A stretch of DNA of 63,344 bases, filler included, from Octopus bimaculoides (taxonomy: Eukaryota), in NCBI RefSeq assembly GCF_001194135.2. It is 5 parts of 5 records of this genome, joined end to end, with 100 filler letters (N's around TTAATTAATTAA, not from the genome) between each part and the next. Parts side by side here need not be neighbours in the genome. Positions count along the whole stretch, not along the records: positions 32,749 to 39,467 come from NC_068989.1; positions 39,568 to 62,164 come from NC_068986.1; 3 more parts are not named here. One strand, written 5' to 3'. Made by a program: the position numbers and the translations under genes. Positions within the stretch are counted from its first letter, which is position 1. Every line of letters begins with the position of its first letter. The notes under the pieces are model-generated. The model ran no database searches. It was not told the origin of the DNA and worked only from the letters and a program-made list of their open reading frames with translations. This document shows positions 37,028 to 51,303 of the stretch, piece after piece.

Positions 37028-37250
37028 AGGCAGCGAACGGGTAGAATCGTTCCTGCGCCGGAAAAATTGCTTAGCGGTATTTTTTCAAAATTGTGTTTTG
37101 AGTTCAAATGGCGCTGAGTCGACTTTGCCTTTCATCCTTTCGTGGTCGATAAAATAAAGATCAGTTGAGCCCTAGATTTGATACAATAGACTTGCATCCT
37201 CTCCGCACAAAGCGTTGACCTTTGTGTCCAAATGTGAAACCAATATTATC
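37028..37250 (+). mobile_element. SINE family B, diverged
   Basis: Collinear with 36521-36742. Confidence 0.75.
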
Positions 37251-37814
37251 AGGAAGGATTACTTTACGAATGTGAGTTACGAAACATGGATTTGCAATAC
37301 GAAAAAAGGATCACTAATTGTTTAAAAGATGCATTGTGCTTATATCCATTTTCCTTTTCCTCCAGCTGCTTCCCCATCACTGGAATGTGTTAAACTTGCA
37401 ATGGCCATTTCGAAACTTGTTTATACGGCTTCCTTTAAAGCTGATTATATAACAATTTACCAAGCAATAAAAGCGTTTTCTGCGTAACGACTAATTCAAT
37501 TCTGGGCTGCAAGATTTGTCTCCTACAGACAAAACCAGTTACGTGCGCTTATTCTCACCTTTCATAGTCTTGCTTTTTCTAAAGATAGATTTGAATCGGT
37601 TTCTGTTTTGGCTGCCGACGTTTCTTATCGATATCCGGTTATGAAATCTCTTCCTTCCGTTTTTACATTATAAAGATTTCCGATATTCGTGCTTCCCAAC
37701 CACGTAGTTTCGCATTTAACACCACTGCTACTATAACTTCGGGCTGGCCAATGACTTGTAAGTAAATTCGGTGTATGTGTGTATGTGTGTATGTGTGTAT
37801 GTGTGTGTGTGTGC

Positions 37815-38700
37815 ATTACTCTTTTACTTGTTTCAGTCATTTGACTGCGGACATGCTGGAGCACTGCCTTTAGTCGAACAAATCGACCCCAGGACTTATT
37901 CTTTGTAAGCCTAGTAATTATGCTATCGCTCTCTTTTGCCGAACCGCTAAGTTACGGGGACGTAAAGACACCAAGATCGGTTGTCAAAGCGATGGTGGGG
38001 GGACAAACACAGATGCAAAAGAGAGCGATAGCATAAGTACTAGGCTTACAAAGAATAAGTCCTGGGGTCGATTTGNNNNNNNNNNNNNNNNNNNNNNNNN
38101 NNNNNNNNNNNNNNNNNNNNNNNNNNNNNNNNNNNNNNNNNNNNNNNNNNNNNNNNNNNNNNNNNNNNNNNNNNNNNNNNNNNNNNNNNNNNNNNNNNNN
38201 NNNNNNNNNNNNNNNNNNNNNNNNNNNNNNNNNNNNNNNNNNNNNNNNNNNNNNNNNNNNNNNNNNNNNNNNNNNNNNNNNNNNNNNNNNNNNNNNNNNN
38301 NNNNNNNNNNNNNNNNNNNNNNNNNNNNNNNNNNNNNNNNNNNNNNNNNNNNNNNNNNNNNNNNNNNNNNNNNNNNNNNNNNNNNNNNNNNNNNNNNNNN
38401 NNNNNNNNNNNNNNNNNNNNNNNNNNNNNNNNNNNNNNNNNNNNNNNNNNNNNNNNNNNNNNNNNNNNNNNNNNNNNNNNNNNNNNNNNNNNNNNNNNNN
38501 NNNNNNNNATATATATATATATATATGTATGTATGTATATATTTATATATATACGGCCGGTTTCTTTCAGTTTCCGTCTACTAAATCCCCTTACAAGGCT
38601 TTGGTCGGCCCGAGGCCATAGGTGTCACGCAGTGAGACTGAACCTGGAACCCAGTGGTTGAGAAGCAACCTTCTTACTACACACCAACTCCTGCGCCTAT
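37815..38700 (-). mobile_element. SINE family A spanning an N gap
   Basis: Tail half at 37815-38010, head half at 38550-38700; another degraded head lies at about 38785-38910. Confidence 0.75.
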
Positions 38701-39433
38701 GTATTTATTCATTTATTTATTGTCTGTCAATGCCCCCCCCCACACGCACTGCAGATGGTGTTTTTTTTACGTGCCGTAAGTTCAATTTCGGAAAAGCAAA
38801 TCTACTCACAAGTGTTTGGTCTACCTAGGGCTATAGTAAAAGACACTTACCCAAGGTACTACGCACCCGAAATCATGTGACTGGGTGGCAAAGTTCTTAC
38901 CACACAGTCAACCTTATTAATTAAATTTAACTGAATGTGATGAGACGGTTTTCTCATTTACAACGCTTTCGAAATATGAAGACCCAATCATTGTTACCGT
39001 ATAAACATTACATTCAAATAGGATTTAGAAGGAAAAGACATATACAAGTAGAGAACAGGTTCAAACACACACACAATACATACATACATGCTTACACACA
39101 CACAGACATGCAACTGAATGTTTGTGTATGAAAATATAGATAGAAATTTTACTGTGAAAAGAAAGATGTGACAGCTATGATATGAAGGCAAAATTAGTCT
39201 GATCATTAAACAAATGACAACTTGATTTGTGCCTTACAGCATGAAACGAAAAAGATTAAGCAGCGGAATAGTAAGTTGATACAGCGGCAGCAATTAAAGA
39301 GACAGTTGTCATTCAATTAAGAAAAATATATAATGAGTAGAGAAGATACATGAAACATATATATTTAAATAGAAAGTAGCTTGGAGGGTGTCAAGCTACA
39401 CGTCATCTGTTCAGAAGCTTATATATATATATA

Positions 39434-39467
<34 letters not shown>

Positions 39468-39566
39468 NNNNNNNNNNNNNNNNNNNNNNNNNNNNNNNNN
39501 NNNNNNNNNNNTTAATTAATTAANNNNNNNNNNNNNNNNNNNNNNNNNNNNNNNNNNNNNNNNNNN

Positions 39567-39700
39567 NATGAAATTTGTAGAAAAACAAAAGACGAAGACA
39601 AATGTATGAACAACAAGCAAGTGTATTTATTTGACGCTTAGGAAAATGAAAAAGTCTTTTGCGTTTCGAGTCAACAGAAAGGAATAGAGGAAATACAGAG
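39567..39700 (-). mobile_element. PLE-like terminal-repeat fragment with a broken hammerhead-like motif
   Basis: The minus strand reads TTTCTGTTGACTCGAAACGCAAAAGAC...TGTCTTCGTCTTTTGTTTTTCTACAAATTTC. A related truncated copy lies at 61296-61372. Both abut TA-rich microsatellites or gaps. Confidence 0.4.
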
Positions 39701-40186
39701 AGAGAGGATGAAAACTCTTGAGGAATTCAGCGGTCGGTCCAGCATACTGAATGATTGGGGAAAAGGAGGTTGAAAGAAAGGGAGATAATAATTTTTAAAA
39801 TAGGTTGAATAAAAGGGAGGATAATAAAGTACTAGTGATCTAAACTAGAGAAAGTGCGCGTGCGTCTTTGTGTATGTGAGAATGGTGTGTGTGAGTGTGT
39901 AATTGTATGTTTGTGAATAGGGACGAGTGATTCTGATGTGTGTGAGTGTATGTGTGTGTGAGTAACATGTGTGTTGTGTGTAGTATTTGATGGGTGCTTT
40001 TACACGTGTTGTGTCCACATGTGTGTGAGTGTCTCTGTTTGGTGTTTATATGTGAGCGAAAGTTATCTTTGTCTACGCGTGTTGAGTGTGTTAATGCGTG
40101 TATAATATAAATAATGAAAGGCATAAATGGAAAACAAAACAAACATACATATATATACATATATATGTATTATGTGTTTATTTATC

Positions 40187-40219
<33 letters not shown>

Positions 40220-40296
40220 ATGTTTGTTTGTGGGCGTGTGCATCTATGTACATATGTATTCGACATCGTGTCGTGTTTGTCCACCACCATGACTTG

Positions 40297-40433
<137 letters not shown>

Positions 40434-40898
40434 GGTTAACCCAATGAAAGCTCCATTACAGATTGTTGACTTCCGCTTTATTGTATACTGGAAATACGTG
40501 TTCGGTAACTGGGACTACTTGAATAGGTAGCAACACTTTCACACCCTAATCCCATCTCACATGCGATGCATGTTATTTTTTATGACGCCATTCCACTCGC
40601 CCACAGACATTAATAACACATAACAGAAAAACCCCTTTCCGAGCGATTTTCTGCTACCTCCTTGATATTTTCACATTTGATTCCTAGTTCTAATAATTTT
40701 TACCTTTTACCTCTAATTATTTCTTTGCTCACTTGCTAAATAAATATTACTTTCATTATTTTATCACAGTCATAATTTTTTTCTTTTTTAAACAAACATC
40801 AAGTTAGATCAACAACAGAGGGGAAAAGCAGTTTGTCAAGTTTTACCTTCCCCTAAAAGCAACATAGAGATTTCAATTCAGGAGCTTTGGAGTGTGTG

Positions 40899-40902
<4 letters not shown>

Positions 40903-40985
<83 letters not shown>

Positions 40986-40990
40986 GTGAC
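40903..40990. repeat. (GA)n microsatellite
   Basis: Read directly from the sequence. Confidence 0.95.
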
Positions 40991-43019
40991 AGGGAGAGAG
41001 AACAATGCAAACAATGAATGAAATAAACACGAAATGAAAAACTCGTATAAATATAATGGCATTACTAGAGAGGTATACACTCCCGACTTTCTTGCCTAAT
41101 AACATCCAGAAAAATGGATACTTTTAACAAAATTTTCTACAAATACTTCTTATATGTTGTGGCTTCAGAGTATATAGGGATTTTTCCGAGGGTGTGGAGA
41201 AAGGAGTTTCGCAAAATCGGTTTTCAAAATAGCGAATTAAAACTTAAAACAGAAAGTGAGAGGCTTTGTAAATGAAAATGGAATACTCCGCAGTGAATGC
41301 AATGAATATTTAATTTTGCAAGAAATTGGAGTTAAAAAAATTCAATAAACTTGAGAAATCGAAATTATAAGAAATTTCTTAGAACTTGAATTTATAAAAA
41401 TATTTCCAGACAGTGAACCCTTTAGTAATTGCCTTCTTTTAGTACTTTTAGTAATTGTCACATACCTAATTAATAAGCTGTTTTCTCCATTATCGTATAG
41501 ATGCTCTCTCTCTCTCTCTTTTTTTTTTGTGCATGTATGATTTGTTCTACAATCGTTATGTTCTTCTGTAGTATTTCAGACGTTGATTTGAATTCTATTT
41601 TCATCTAAAGTTTATCCTTTTAGAGTGACGGGGAAAATGGTACGTAATCCTGAGTTCAAATTTCGCAGCATTGACGTCATTTATTTGATTTCCGGGACAG
41701 TAGAACAAAATACTAGTTGAATAGCGTAGACCATGCAATCGTTTCTATCTCTCATTCTCCAAGATATGAAGCTTTATACATAATTTATCAAGCATTCCTT
41801 AGTTACAGTACGGTGGTGCCTAATGAAATATAACCGGGTGGCTTCGTGTCATTGTTAGAAGACTACAATAGGTTTCTGATTGTCATAAGTGATCTTTTAA
41901 GAAACTTAAGTATAGAACAAAATCGGGGATATAACAGAAACCCTTAACGTAATGAAACAAGTTCAAGTATTATGCTTGCAACCATCCTAACTATGAAATG
42001 AATATAAATCAATATGCTTAACATAATAAAACCTCATGAAATTCAGTAAATTCGTACATCGTACGGAAGTATAAAGATCTTTAAACTGTTGAATGTTGTA
42101 CAGTTTTCGCTCGTTGATATTCTTCTCTGCTAAGGGCTGTCGAAATTTGTAAGATATAAATGTCAGTTGCACATATCTTGACCATCATCCTGCATATAGG
42201 TGCCTTTTTGCTCACCATTAATATGGGGTAGGAACGTTTATTTTATATAACGAAAAGAAGCATAGGAAAAATGCTCTTTAAAATTGTTACAGACAAATAA
42301 ATAACACAAAGCAATACAGTTTTGTTTTCTACGCGTGAATTTAGTTATACCTACAGAGATATTAAGATTATACCATGCATATTAAAAATAGCGATATTGT
42401 CTTCAGTTATTTACATGTCAGTTTGAAAAAATAAAACAGAACCAACATACTTTTATTCCCTACATGAGCTGATTCAACTAACGTCATATTTTCTACCACT
42501 CTTTTACCATTAATGACAACATGTAAGCACGTTAATCAACCTCAGACACAAAGACAATTGAAAGGAAACATTCTTCATGTCTTCGCTTGTATGCACATCT
42601 TATCAATTCATGCTTTTCCATTGCCTTGAAGCACGTCACGCTCACCTTTGTTTTCTTGTGTGCATCTTTCATCCACTTAACACTTCGTTCTAAGTTTTCC
42701 TTTGTTAGCGTGCATGAAATCCCTTCCCTTACTTCATTAGTGAAGGAGAAGAGATTCACTCACAAATTTTATTTTATTTTATTTATTTATTTATTTATTT
42801 TTGTCAAAAAACCAATCCTCCTACTTGAATTATACTTCTCAGTATATGTTGTTTTGTTATCGGCTTTCACACATACATAATCAGTGTTATATCCAACAAC
42901 AGTTGTTGTTCATATACACAGGTATACACACACGCACACTAACACGTACGCGCATATATACATATATATTGCACATATATATGTGTATGTAGTACTTGGG
43001 TGTGCTTGCTTACGTCTAA

Positions 43020-43067
<48 letters not shown>

Positions 43068-43796
43068 TGTAAACAAACTGTGCCAAGTGTGTCAATGAAT
43101 TTGTTAACGCATAATGGCTTTGAGGACAGCTTAAAAAATCAGTTAAATGCCCTTTCGAAGACGGGAAAAAAATGGCCAGCAAGCCTTCACAGGAAATCGA
43201 ACCCTGCACCTTTCTGAGTCATCAAGCTAAAAGACTCCTGATGGCAGAATCCGTCTAATTATAAAGCTAAATAACTGCTTTCGGCGTGTGAGAACATTTT
43301 GTAAACAAACATATAATCGCTGTCCAAAAGTTCAGAGAGTCAAAGAGGGCAGCTATAGAAAATTGTTTCGACATAAATTCACGTCTTCACTACAAAAATG
43401 TTGATGTCTTTAATTCAACAGGCGAGGCATGTAGCAGGACGCAATTATGACCTATGTAGTTTTGATAAATGAATGGACAATGAACTAAGGAAAATAATAC
43501 AGAGGGACCTGTGGTATTTACTTCAAAAATGAGACTAAAATAGAATACTAAATGACATACCAGCTAAAATATATATATTTATTTCTATATCTGCCTTTAG
43601 TCTAATTTTTCAATCCCAGTACCCTTATATAATATGAACTTGTCCATAAAATCTCTTCTTAACTGTTTTTTTTTTACATCAATTTCTCTGATGACTTCAT
43701 GTAATATACGCAGATGTGTTTCTAGTTGCTTATCCTTTGCAGCATACAACTTCAAGCGACTAGTATATAAAAATGGTTGATTGTGCTATTGCCACT

Positions 43797-43799
43797 ATA

Positions 43800-43852
<53 letters not shown>

Positions 43853-43875
43853 CATCATCATCATCATCGTCGTCA

Positions 43876-43921
<46 letters not shown>

Positions 43922-43945
43922 TGTCATCATCATCATTACTATTAT
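43797..43945. repeat. Compound trinucleotide microsatellite (ATT)n-(ATC)n-(GTC)n
   Basis: Read directly from the sequence; a diverged family B SINE head follows at about 43950-44065. Confidence 0.9.
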
Positions 43946-45312
43946 CAATCAGGCGGTGAAGTGACAGGTTCGTTAGCACTCCGGGCAAAATGCTCAGCGA
44001 TATTTCATGTCTCTTCACGTTCTAAGATCAAATTCCGCTGAGGTCGATTGTGCCTTCCATCCTTTAACCTCGTTCATACCCTTCTGATTATGCGCAGATC
44101 ATAACCCCTTACTTAGTTCTCTCACTATTCTGTCTATTTCATTACAATGTCATCACATTCATTCATTTATTCAAGTTTATCACACAGTCACTTATTTCTC
44201 TAATTCTGTCTTAGATTAGCTGACCGAAAACTCTCAGATTTTTCAATTCTGTTTTACTATTATCAACATTTGCTATCTCGTTAAACTATGCTACACAAAT
44301 CCCAAAAGAATATATTTCTCCCTCGTGTTCTGACCACTAACCCCCCTCTCCCACTCTCTGCCTTACTCTCTCTCTCTCTCTCTCGTGATTACCACTCGCT
44401 TCGCCAGGACTCTAAACCAACGCACGCACCCCGATTCCCCTACTCGATCTTAATACCTCTGCCTGACTCTGCTCGCGGTACACCCGCTCATTATTATTTG
44501 TTCAGTGTGTATTCGGTAGTTATTTTAACAGATTTTTACCGCTGTTTATTTATATGACGTTACGTTCCGACTTCAAACACGACTGGGTTCTACTTTACCT
44601 GTAACCCCTACCAAGGTCAGTAATGCAGCTACCAAGAATCTCCTGTTACCCGCTGAATCGACTATAACTTTCTCTTGAAAAGTCTATGGCATTGTTCCAA
44701 TGAAATAAATCATTGTTATTATCACGTGTAAGTGTTATTGTTCTCTTCACTATCATTATGAGACCAAGCAATCGAGTTTTAATTGAACAAATTGCACAAA
44801 TCAAAGGAAAGAGTGTTACATTTCCTCATTTGAAAAAAAAAATGTAATTCTGGCTTAATTGACTTAATTATCATCCTTATCAGACTCATCAACATCGCAA
44901 TCATCATTATCATCACCATCATCATCTTCGTCATCATCATCATCATTTTCATCATTATCATCATCATCGCTACTAATAACAATGACACCAGATTTTATGA
45001 CCGCAATACTATTCTTATTGAACAAATTAAAATACTCGTGGGACAGTTGGTTTTCAATTAGTTATAATTGAATCGGCCAGGAGAATACTGGTTATGTGAT
45101 ACTGCTTCAAACCCTCTCTGTTGTACAACGCCATAACAAGAAAGAAATGAAAATAAATGGCTAGCAATTTTACAAATCAAGACTGATTTCAATATTAAAT
45201 GCTTGTTAATGTCTTTCTACAAACTCACATACACACTCACACATACACGCATACATATAAATATATACGCATATATGTTTGTGAGTATATGTGTTTGTGT
45301 GCGCGTGTATCC

Positions 45313-45357
<45 letters not shown>

Positions 45358-47732
45358 CACGCACACATATGTGTCTCTTTCTCTTGATATATGTATACAT
45401 ATCTTTAATAATTCCTCTGTATTGCTGGAGTTTTCTAACTTAAAATTCACTGATATTGATTAATTGAATAGAATGTAATTTCATAAAACTTTCTTTTCAA
45501 TCTTTTGCCAGTGATTTAAAACAATCTCTGCAGAAGAAATACTACTTGCAACTATCTTCCATAAATATACGTTTTGAAAATGACACTTGGAGTTTACAGA
45601 TATCTCCTCAAGCTATAGATGTGATCTTTCCTATTCATAGTGATAAATTAAATTCTCGCACTTTTTTAATTTTAATTTTATGTAGTTTTATATTTTGGTT
45701 TTGTAAAATAAATATTTTCTCACTAAACTGTTTTAATATCATATAAGTGAAGTATGATTGCATATGATTCTACTTATGGTTTTCAGTTATTATTTTCTTC
45801 AGAATATTTGTCTCTGGGCAGCCAAAGAACTGCAAATTTAAACATTTCATACTTTATACATTTATCTACGTTTTATTTTCCTGTGGAATCCTTAAATTAT
45901 TGCCTGCTTTACCCAAGCAATACGTCAATAATTAATTCCTTTAACGTTGACTGTGCATTTCTTAATATTCAAATAGCCCTATTTATACAGAGTATCTCGT
46001 AATGATGGGAACCATTCTAAATGTTAATATCAAGGAGTGGAACAAGCATATTCACTAAAGAAGATGTATAATGTTGGGTTCACAGATATTTTTTGTTTCT
46101 TTCCTGCCAATGTTATTTAAATTAACATGAAAATATTTCGTATTAGGATTTCATGTTTCTTTTTCTTTTTCTCTTTTCCTTTAAGCTGTATACTTTCTCT
46201 GCAACTTTTGTTTTTAGCTTTTGGAATTTGAATATATTTTACCTGCTTTCCGACATATATCAACGGATTGTCAAGTAGAATAAAAGGTTCTTCTTTGACA
46301 AACACCTCTCTTTACTTTTAAAGTTCCAAATCTGTTAAAGACGCTCCGAACACTTGTGCCCCGTACGCAGAATATGATATTAATGAAGGGTGATAAATTC
46401 GATCTCAGAGGCTCTTCACATTCCAACCGACCTGATCAGTTCAACTGAAATCGATTGAAAAGAGTTCATCTAGAAGGATCCATGCCAGTCCACTAGGGAA
46501 TTGGTCCAGCGGATGGGATGTTTCTCTGTTCAACATTCAAAAGCTCGACAGAGCTATTTGTATTACTATTTCTTTTTTCTTGAATCTTACACTGTATTCG
46601 CACAATACACATTTTATATAAACTTTCTAGTTGATGAAAACCCTTCCTCCAATTTTCGTCTTAAATACTATCTTCCTTTCAGACATTCTGAGACAGTATT
46701 CTAAATGCGAACATTATTTTTCTTGTTTTCCTGTCTAGTCTTTCTAATTCACTTAACTTCCCGTAGAGAATATTTAACTGTTACGTATTATAGACAGAAT
46801 ACTGGTATGTATTATCGTATTTTGAACAATTCCCGCTGTTTTATGTATTAATCTAATGCATCTATAATATTCGTTCTTAACTGTTTTCTCTTTCATTTGT
46901 GTCTTTTGCATTATGTCTGCTTCATTAATTCCTAAGTATTTACATCTCTGAGTTGCAAATACTTAGAAAATGCAAATAATGTATCTTTATCTCCCATGGT
47001 ATAAACGAGTTCTATTTATTTTCCTTCCTTCAAGGTCGCCATGATACATTTTCATAACCCCAATTTCATGGTAATTAGTCTACTGAATCCATTTACTCTC
47101 GTGACAGTATTTCCAGTTCTTTCTTAACTACATCGTAAAACTTGAAGTCATCTCTGCATCTATATATGCAATGTGGACACATATTGCTCCCAGAATATTG
47201 GTATCGGTGTTCAACTGGTTCGGTATGGAAGTGCAGTATGTATAGCATTACCCTAAAATATAGACACAGAGTCGCATTAAGATATTAATTTATCAGCTGG
47301 GTTTCGTTTCAATAATTCCCTCTTTTGTGTTTTTAGCAGTATCGTTCATTCATGCGACGATTGTAGTTCCCACTTATTATCAGGGATACCCCACTTACGA
47401 TTTTAACGCCATGATCTGTGTAAGATTTCTGGAGCATAATCCGTAAGACAGCCTGACCATTCTTTCTCCTTCTATAATCTTTATGACCTCTTTGATCGGT
47501 GATTGATCTCTGAATCATGCGCAGTGTTTCATCTTTACTGAAAGTACTCTACATATGGTCAGTGTCATGTACTGATATATTCTGTATGTTGGTTGTATTT
47601 GTAAGGTATATCTGTAAGCCTTGTGAGATTTTTTCCGTATATATACATATACATATGTGTGTATACAAATACTTACCCACACACACGCACATACACACAC
47701 ACACACATATTGATAGATTGTTAGATTGATAG

Positions 47733-47798
<66 letters not shown>

Positions 47799-47869
47799 GG
47801 GGGCGCGCGTGTATACTTGTTTACCTCTTTTAAGCTTTCGACATTACCTATTATTATATGCACTGATTC

Positions 47870-48330
47870 AGTTTGGACACCAAATAGTTTATTTAATTCA
47901 AGTTCCAGAAATACTTGAATAATTTCTCCATGATTTTCTTTCGAGCGATATATCTTCTTTGGAGATTACACTTCGAATAGGAGTGTTATTCAGTCGTCCT
48001 TGGTAACAATATCTGGCTGATTAGCTTTGATCTACCTGTCTGTGTGGATTAGAAAGTTTCAAGGTATGGTTGCTTTGTTTTTCTCTTAGACAGATTTTAA
48101 TGTTTGATAAACCATATATTTTTGGGCTGTAATTTCTAGTGTACTTTCAACGTTTGTAAGCATCGACTCTTTCACACCGATAAAATCCACTCCTAATTGC
48201 GTTGACTAAAAACTTTGCTTTAACTGATATTATCGGAATTATCTCTTTATGGTTTTCATATTTTAAAACACGTCAAGAGAGAGTTTTGTTTTCCAATTAC
48301 AAAGATAATTTCATGTTAACGAATATAGTT
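47870..48330 (-). mobile_element. R4/Dong-like REL-domain fragment
   Basis: The minus strand reads ENKATIP*NFLIHTDR*IKANQPDIVTKDD, matching the ILWDFxIxTDRxIxANRPDIV motif of the other copies. Confidence 0.55.
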
Positions 48331-49365
48331 TATTTCCTATATAACATTTGTGATATTCTATAAATGTATTTAACATACCGAATGTAATCTACTTGTATTC
48401 CTTGTTTTTCTTTTTGTTATCGTAGCCCTATTGTTGACACCGTGTAACACATTTTAGTTCTTGGGTAGCAACTCTTATTTCTTATTGGCTTATCCCTAGA
48501 AAGTATGAAAAATGGCTCATATTTCCTTCGAAATTTGTTTTTGTTACATTTATTCAAACCCAGAAGAATCCCTCTCAACACTTTGTTGCTCCCCCACTAC
48601 TCCTACTCATATTCAGAGATGCACAAATTGCCATCCACATTAAGGACGTATTCAAGTGGTAAGAGCCATGGAACAGACAAGCAAATTTGTGTTAGTTAGG
48701 AGAATATTATCTATAACGATATATCTGCTTCAGCGTCTCAGCGTTGAATCTGTCAGAAATGTAAATACGTCAGGAATGAAAATACATCAGTTTCAAAACA
48801 TTGATATCCAGGTCACAAAATCAGACTTTGAAGGGAATCGTAGTCATTTCTTTTGATTTCTAGATAAAAGAAAACAAGAAATAACAGTTACTGACCAAAG
48901 ACAAACGCAATAAAAATTTTGCTACACAATGTAACTATTGTCTGACTTTATCTCTATGTACGCTTATCGCTTTTGCATCTAGCCAGCTGGTAAATATGCT
49001 TCGTTGATGAGGAAAACCTAGATCAAGGCATATATTTTCCTTCACCTGATTATTTACATAACGGAATCTAATCCTCCTTTGTCTTCATTTTCCAGAATTT
49101 TGGTGAAGTTGAAATTATAAGAGATATCTCTCTCATTGTTTAAGATTTTAAACATACCTGAAAAGATTATGCACCTCCCACTTGTGAGGACAGATGCTGT
49201 GAATCGAAATTTTCCAACTCATTGTGCTACACTGCATTACATTATATTGTTTCTACTCATGTGTTTAGCGTGCTGAATGCTTTCTTAAGTACTTTTTCAT
49301 CAGCACAACTCTTATATTTATTGTTGACAAAACTGCCTGGACAGCTAGAGATTGTTTGTTTCTTA

Positions 49366-49589
49366 TTTCTTTATTGCCCACAAGGGGCTAAACATAGAGG
49401 GGGCAAACAAGGACAGACAAAGGGATTAAGTCGATTACATCGACCCCAGTGCGTAAATGGCATTTAATTTATCGATCCCGAAAGGATGAAAGGCAAAGTC
49501 GACCTCGGCGGAATTTGAACTCAGAACGTTAAAGACAGACGAAATACCGCTAAGCATTTCGCCCGGCGTGCTAACGTTTCTCGACGCCT
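49366..49589 (-). mobile_element. SINE family B with an alternative 3' tail
   Basis: Head and core match 19090-19306, but the 3' end differs (CCCTTTGTCTGTCCTTGTTTGCCCCCTCTATGTTTAGCCCCTTGTGGGCAATAAAG). Confidence 0.85.
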
Positions 49590-50382
49590 TCGTTTCATTA
49601 ACACTTCCATCAATTACATAATTAAAACTACTTGATCACATAGCTCTCTGTGTTTCTCATGAAAAGGCTTTAAGGCTGTACCGTTATGAAAAATGCTCCA
49701 GTCTCCTCATGACATTCAATGCTGGAAGATTTCTGATACTTCCTTTATGTACCGTTTATGAAGGATGTTCTTTTTACTAAAATCCTATCATAACAAATCG
49801 TAGCCCAATTTTTATTTTAGTCTTTCTCTTGTTTTACAATCTCTGCCGTACTCCTTTCTTTTTGGTACTGTCCCTCATTTCAGCCTCTGGTATGTATTTG
49901 GCATTTGAATTCAAAAACATATTGTTTTTGTTCGCAGTTTGTAGCCATTTTTAAGGTTTTACCACCGTTCTACACGAAATATCTATATACTTAGACTTAC
50001 ATTGTATATTTTATATCAGCTTTTTTTAATTTTCATAAGGTTTTTACTACCTGTATTTGTGATAATATAAACGTCCTCTTTGAGATTAAATGCGGTGTGT
50101 AAAAAAAGCAGCCATTACTAGTTCATTACTAGTTCATTTCGATAAGTATTATGACTGTTAACTATTACTGGAAAAATTAGAACATTGTTGCCTATGACAT
50201 CTAGTTCCGCTTTATTTATTAATCTAATGCGTCTACATTATTTTCTAACATTATCTTCATTTGTGTGTGTTATATTGTTTATTGACACTTAAAAACATTG
50301 TGATTTCAAGTCTTTTCCATGAATCGTCACTCCATCTTCTATTGTAATTTTGATTTCCATACACACCCATTTCTCCATACAC

Positions 50383-50766
50383 ACTCTTTTACTTGTTTCA
50401 GTCATTTGACCGTGGCAATGCTGGAGCACCGTCTTTAGTCGACAAATCGACTCCAGGACTTATTCTTTGGAAGCCTAGTACTTATTCTATCGGTCTCTTT
50501 TGTCGAACCGCTAAGCTACGGGTCGTAAACACACCAGCATCGGTTATCAAGCGATGTTGGGGGGACAGACACAAACACACAAACATATACATATATATAT
50601 ACATATATACGACGGGCTTCTTTCAGTTTCGCCTACCAAATCCACTCACAAGGCTTTAGTCGGCCCGAAGCTATAGTAGAAGACACTTACTCAAGGTGCC
50701 ACGCAGTAGGAATCAACCCGGAACCATGTGGTTGGTGGGGAAAGCTACTTACCACACAGACACTCC
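50383..50766 (-). mobile_element. SINE family A, full length
   Basis: Collinear with 22908-23310. Confidence 0.9.
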
Positions 50767-51218
50767 CTCGAAACAGATTTGTTTTTCTTACTCTCATTCA
50801 GACTAACTTTCGCTGTTTCTTACCCTCTATTTTTTCAATTTCCTTTCATGCAATCTGCTCTTGCTTATCTCAAACACTACTTGCCCGTATACCACACAGA
50901 TTCAAAATTTCTCTCTTCGTCAGGTGGTATTTAGACGAAAGCATATTTTTAATTTCCTGGTTGTTTCTCTTTCAAGTCGGCACTCCGTTAATATTCTAAA
51001 TTTGTTCATGTTTATCGCACCAGTCACATGTGTCAATCCTGTGTATTTTTCCTGGTAAGACTTAAATTCGTTTTGCTTTGCTATTATTCTGGTGCTTTCC
51101 AGACAAGCAATGCCATGTTTTTCTAGTGCCGAAACAGTATTAACTCTGAATAGAATCTTGACTACTGAGATGGATTTATCAATGTCTGTTTTCTGCTTCT
51201 TTCTGCTTTCACTGTGTA

Positions 51219-51221
<3 letters not shown>

Positions 51222-51300
<79 letters not shown>
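51222..51300. repeat. (GA)n microsatellite
   Basis: Read directly from the sequence. Confidence 0.95.

Positions 51301-51303
<3 letters not shown>

Noticed and set aside
42532-42759. 75-aa minus-strand ORF containing a good donor-like AAG/GTGAGC
   Set aside because: I found no convincing YAG acceptor and do not recognise the peptide, so it is too weak to call an exon.
46950-47520. Possible APE-domain LINE remnant
   Set aside because: Only a short DDxxFYD-like hint is visible, which is not enough for a call.
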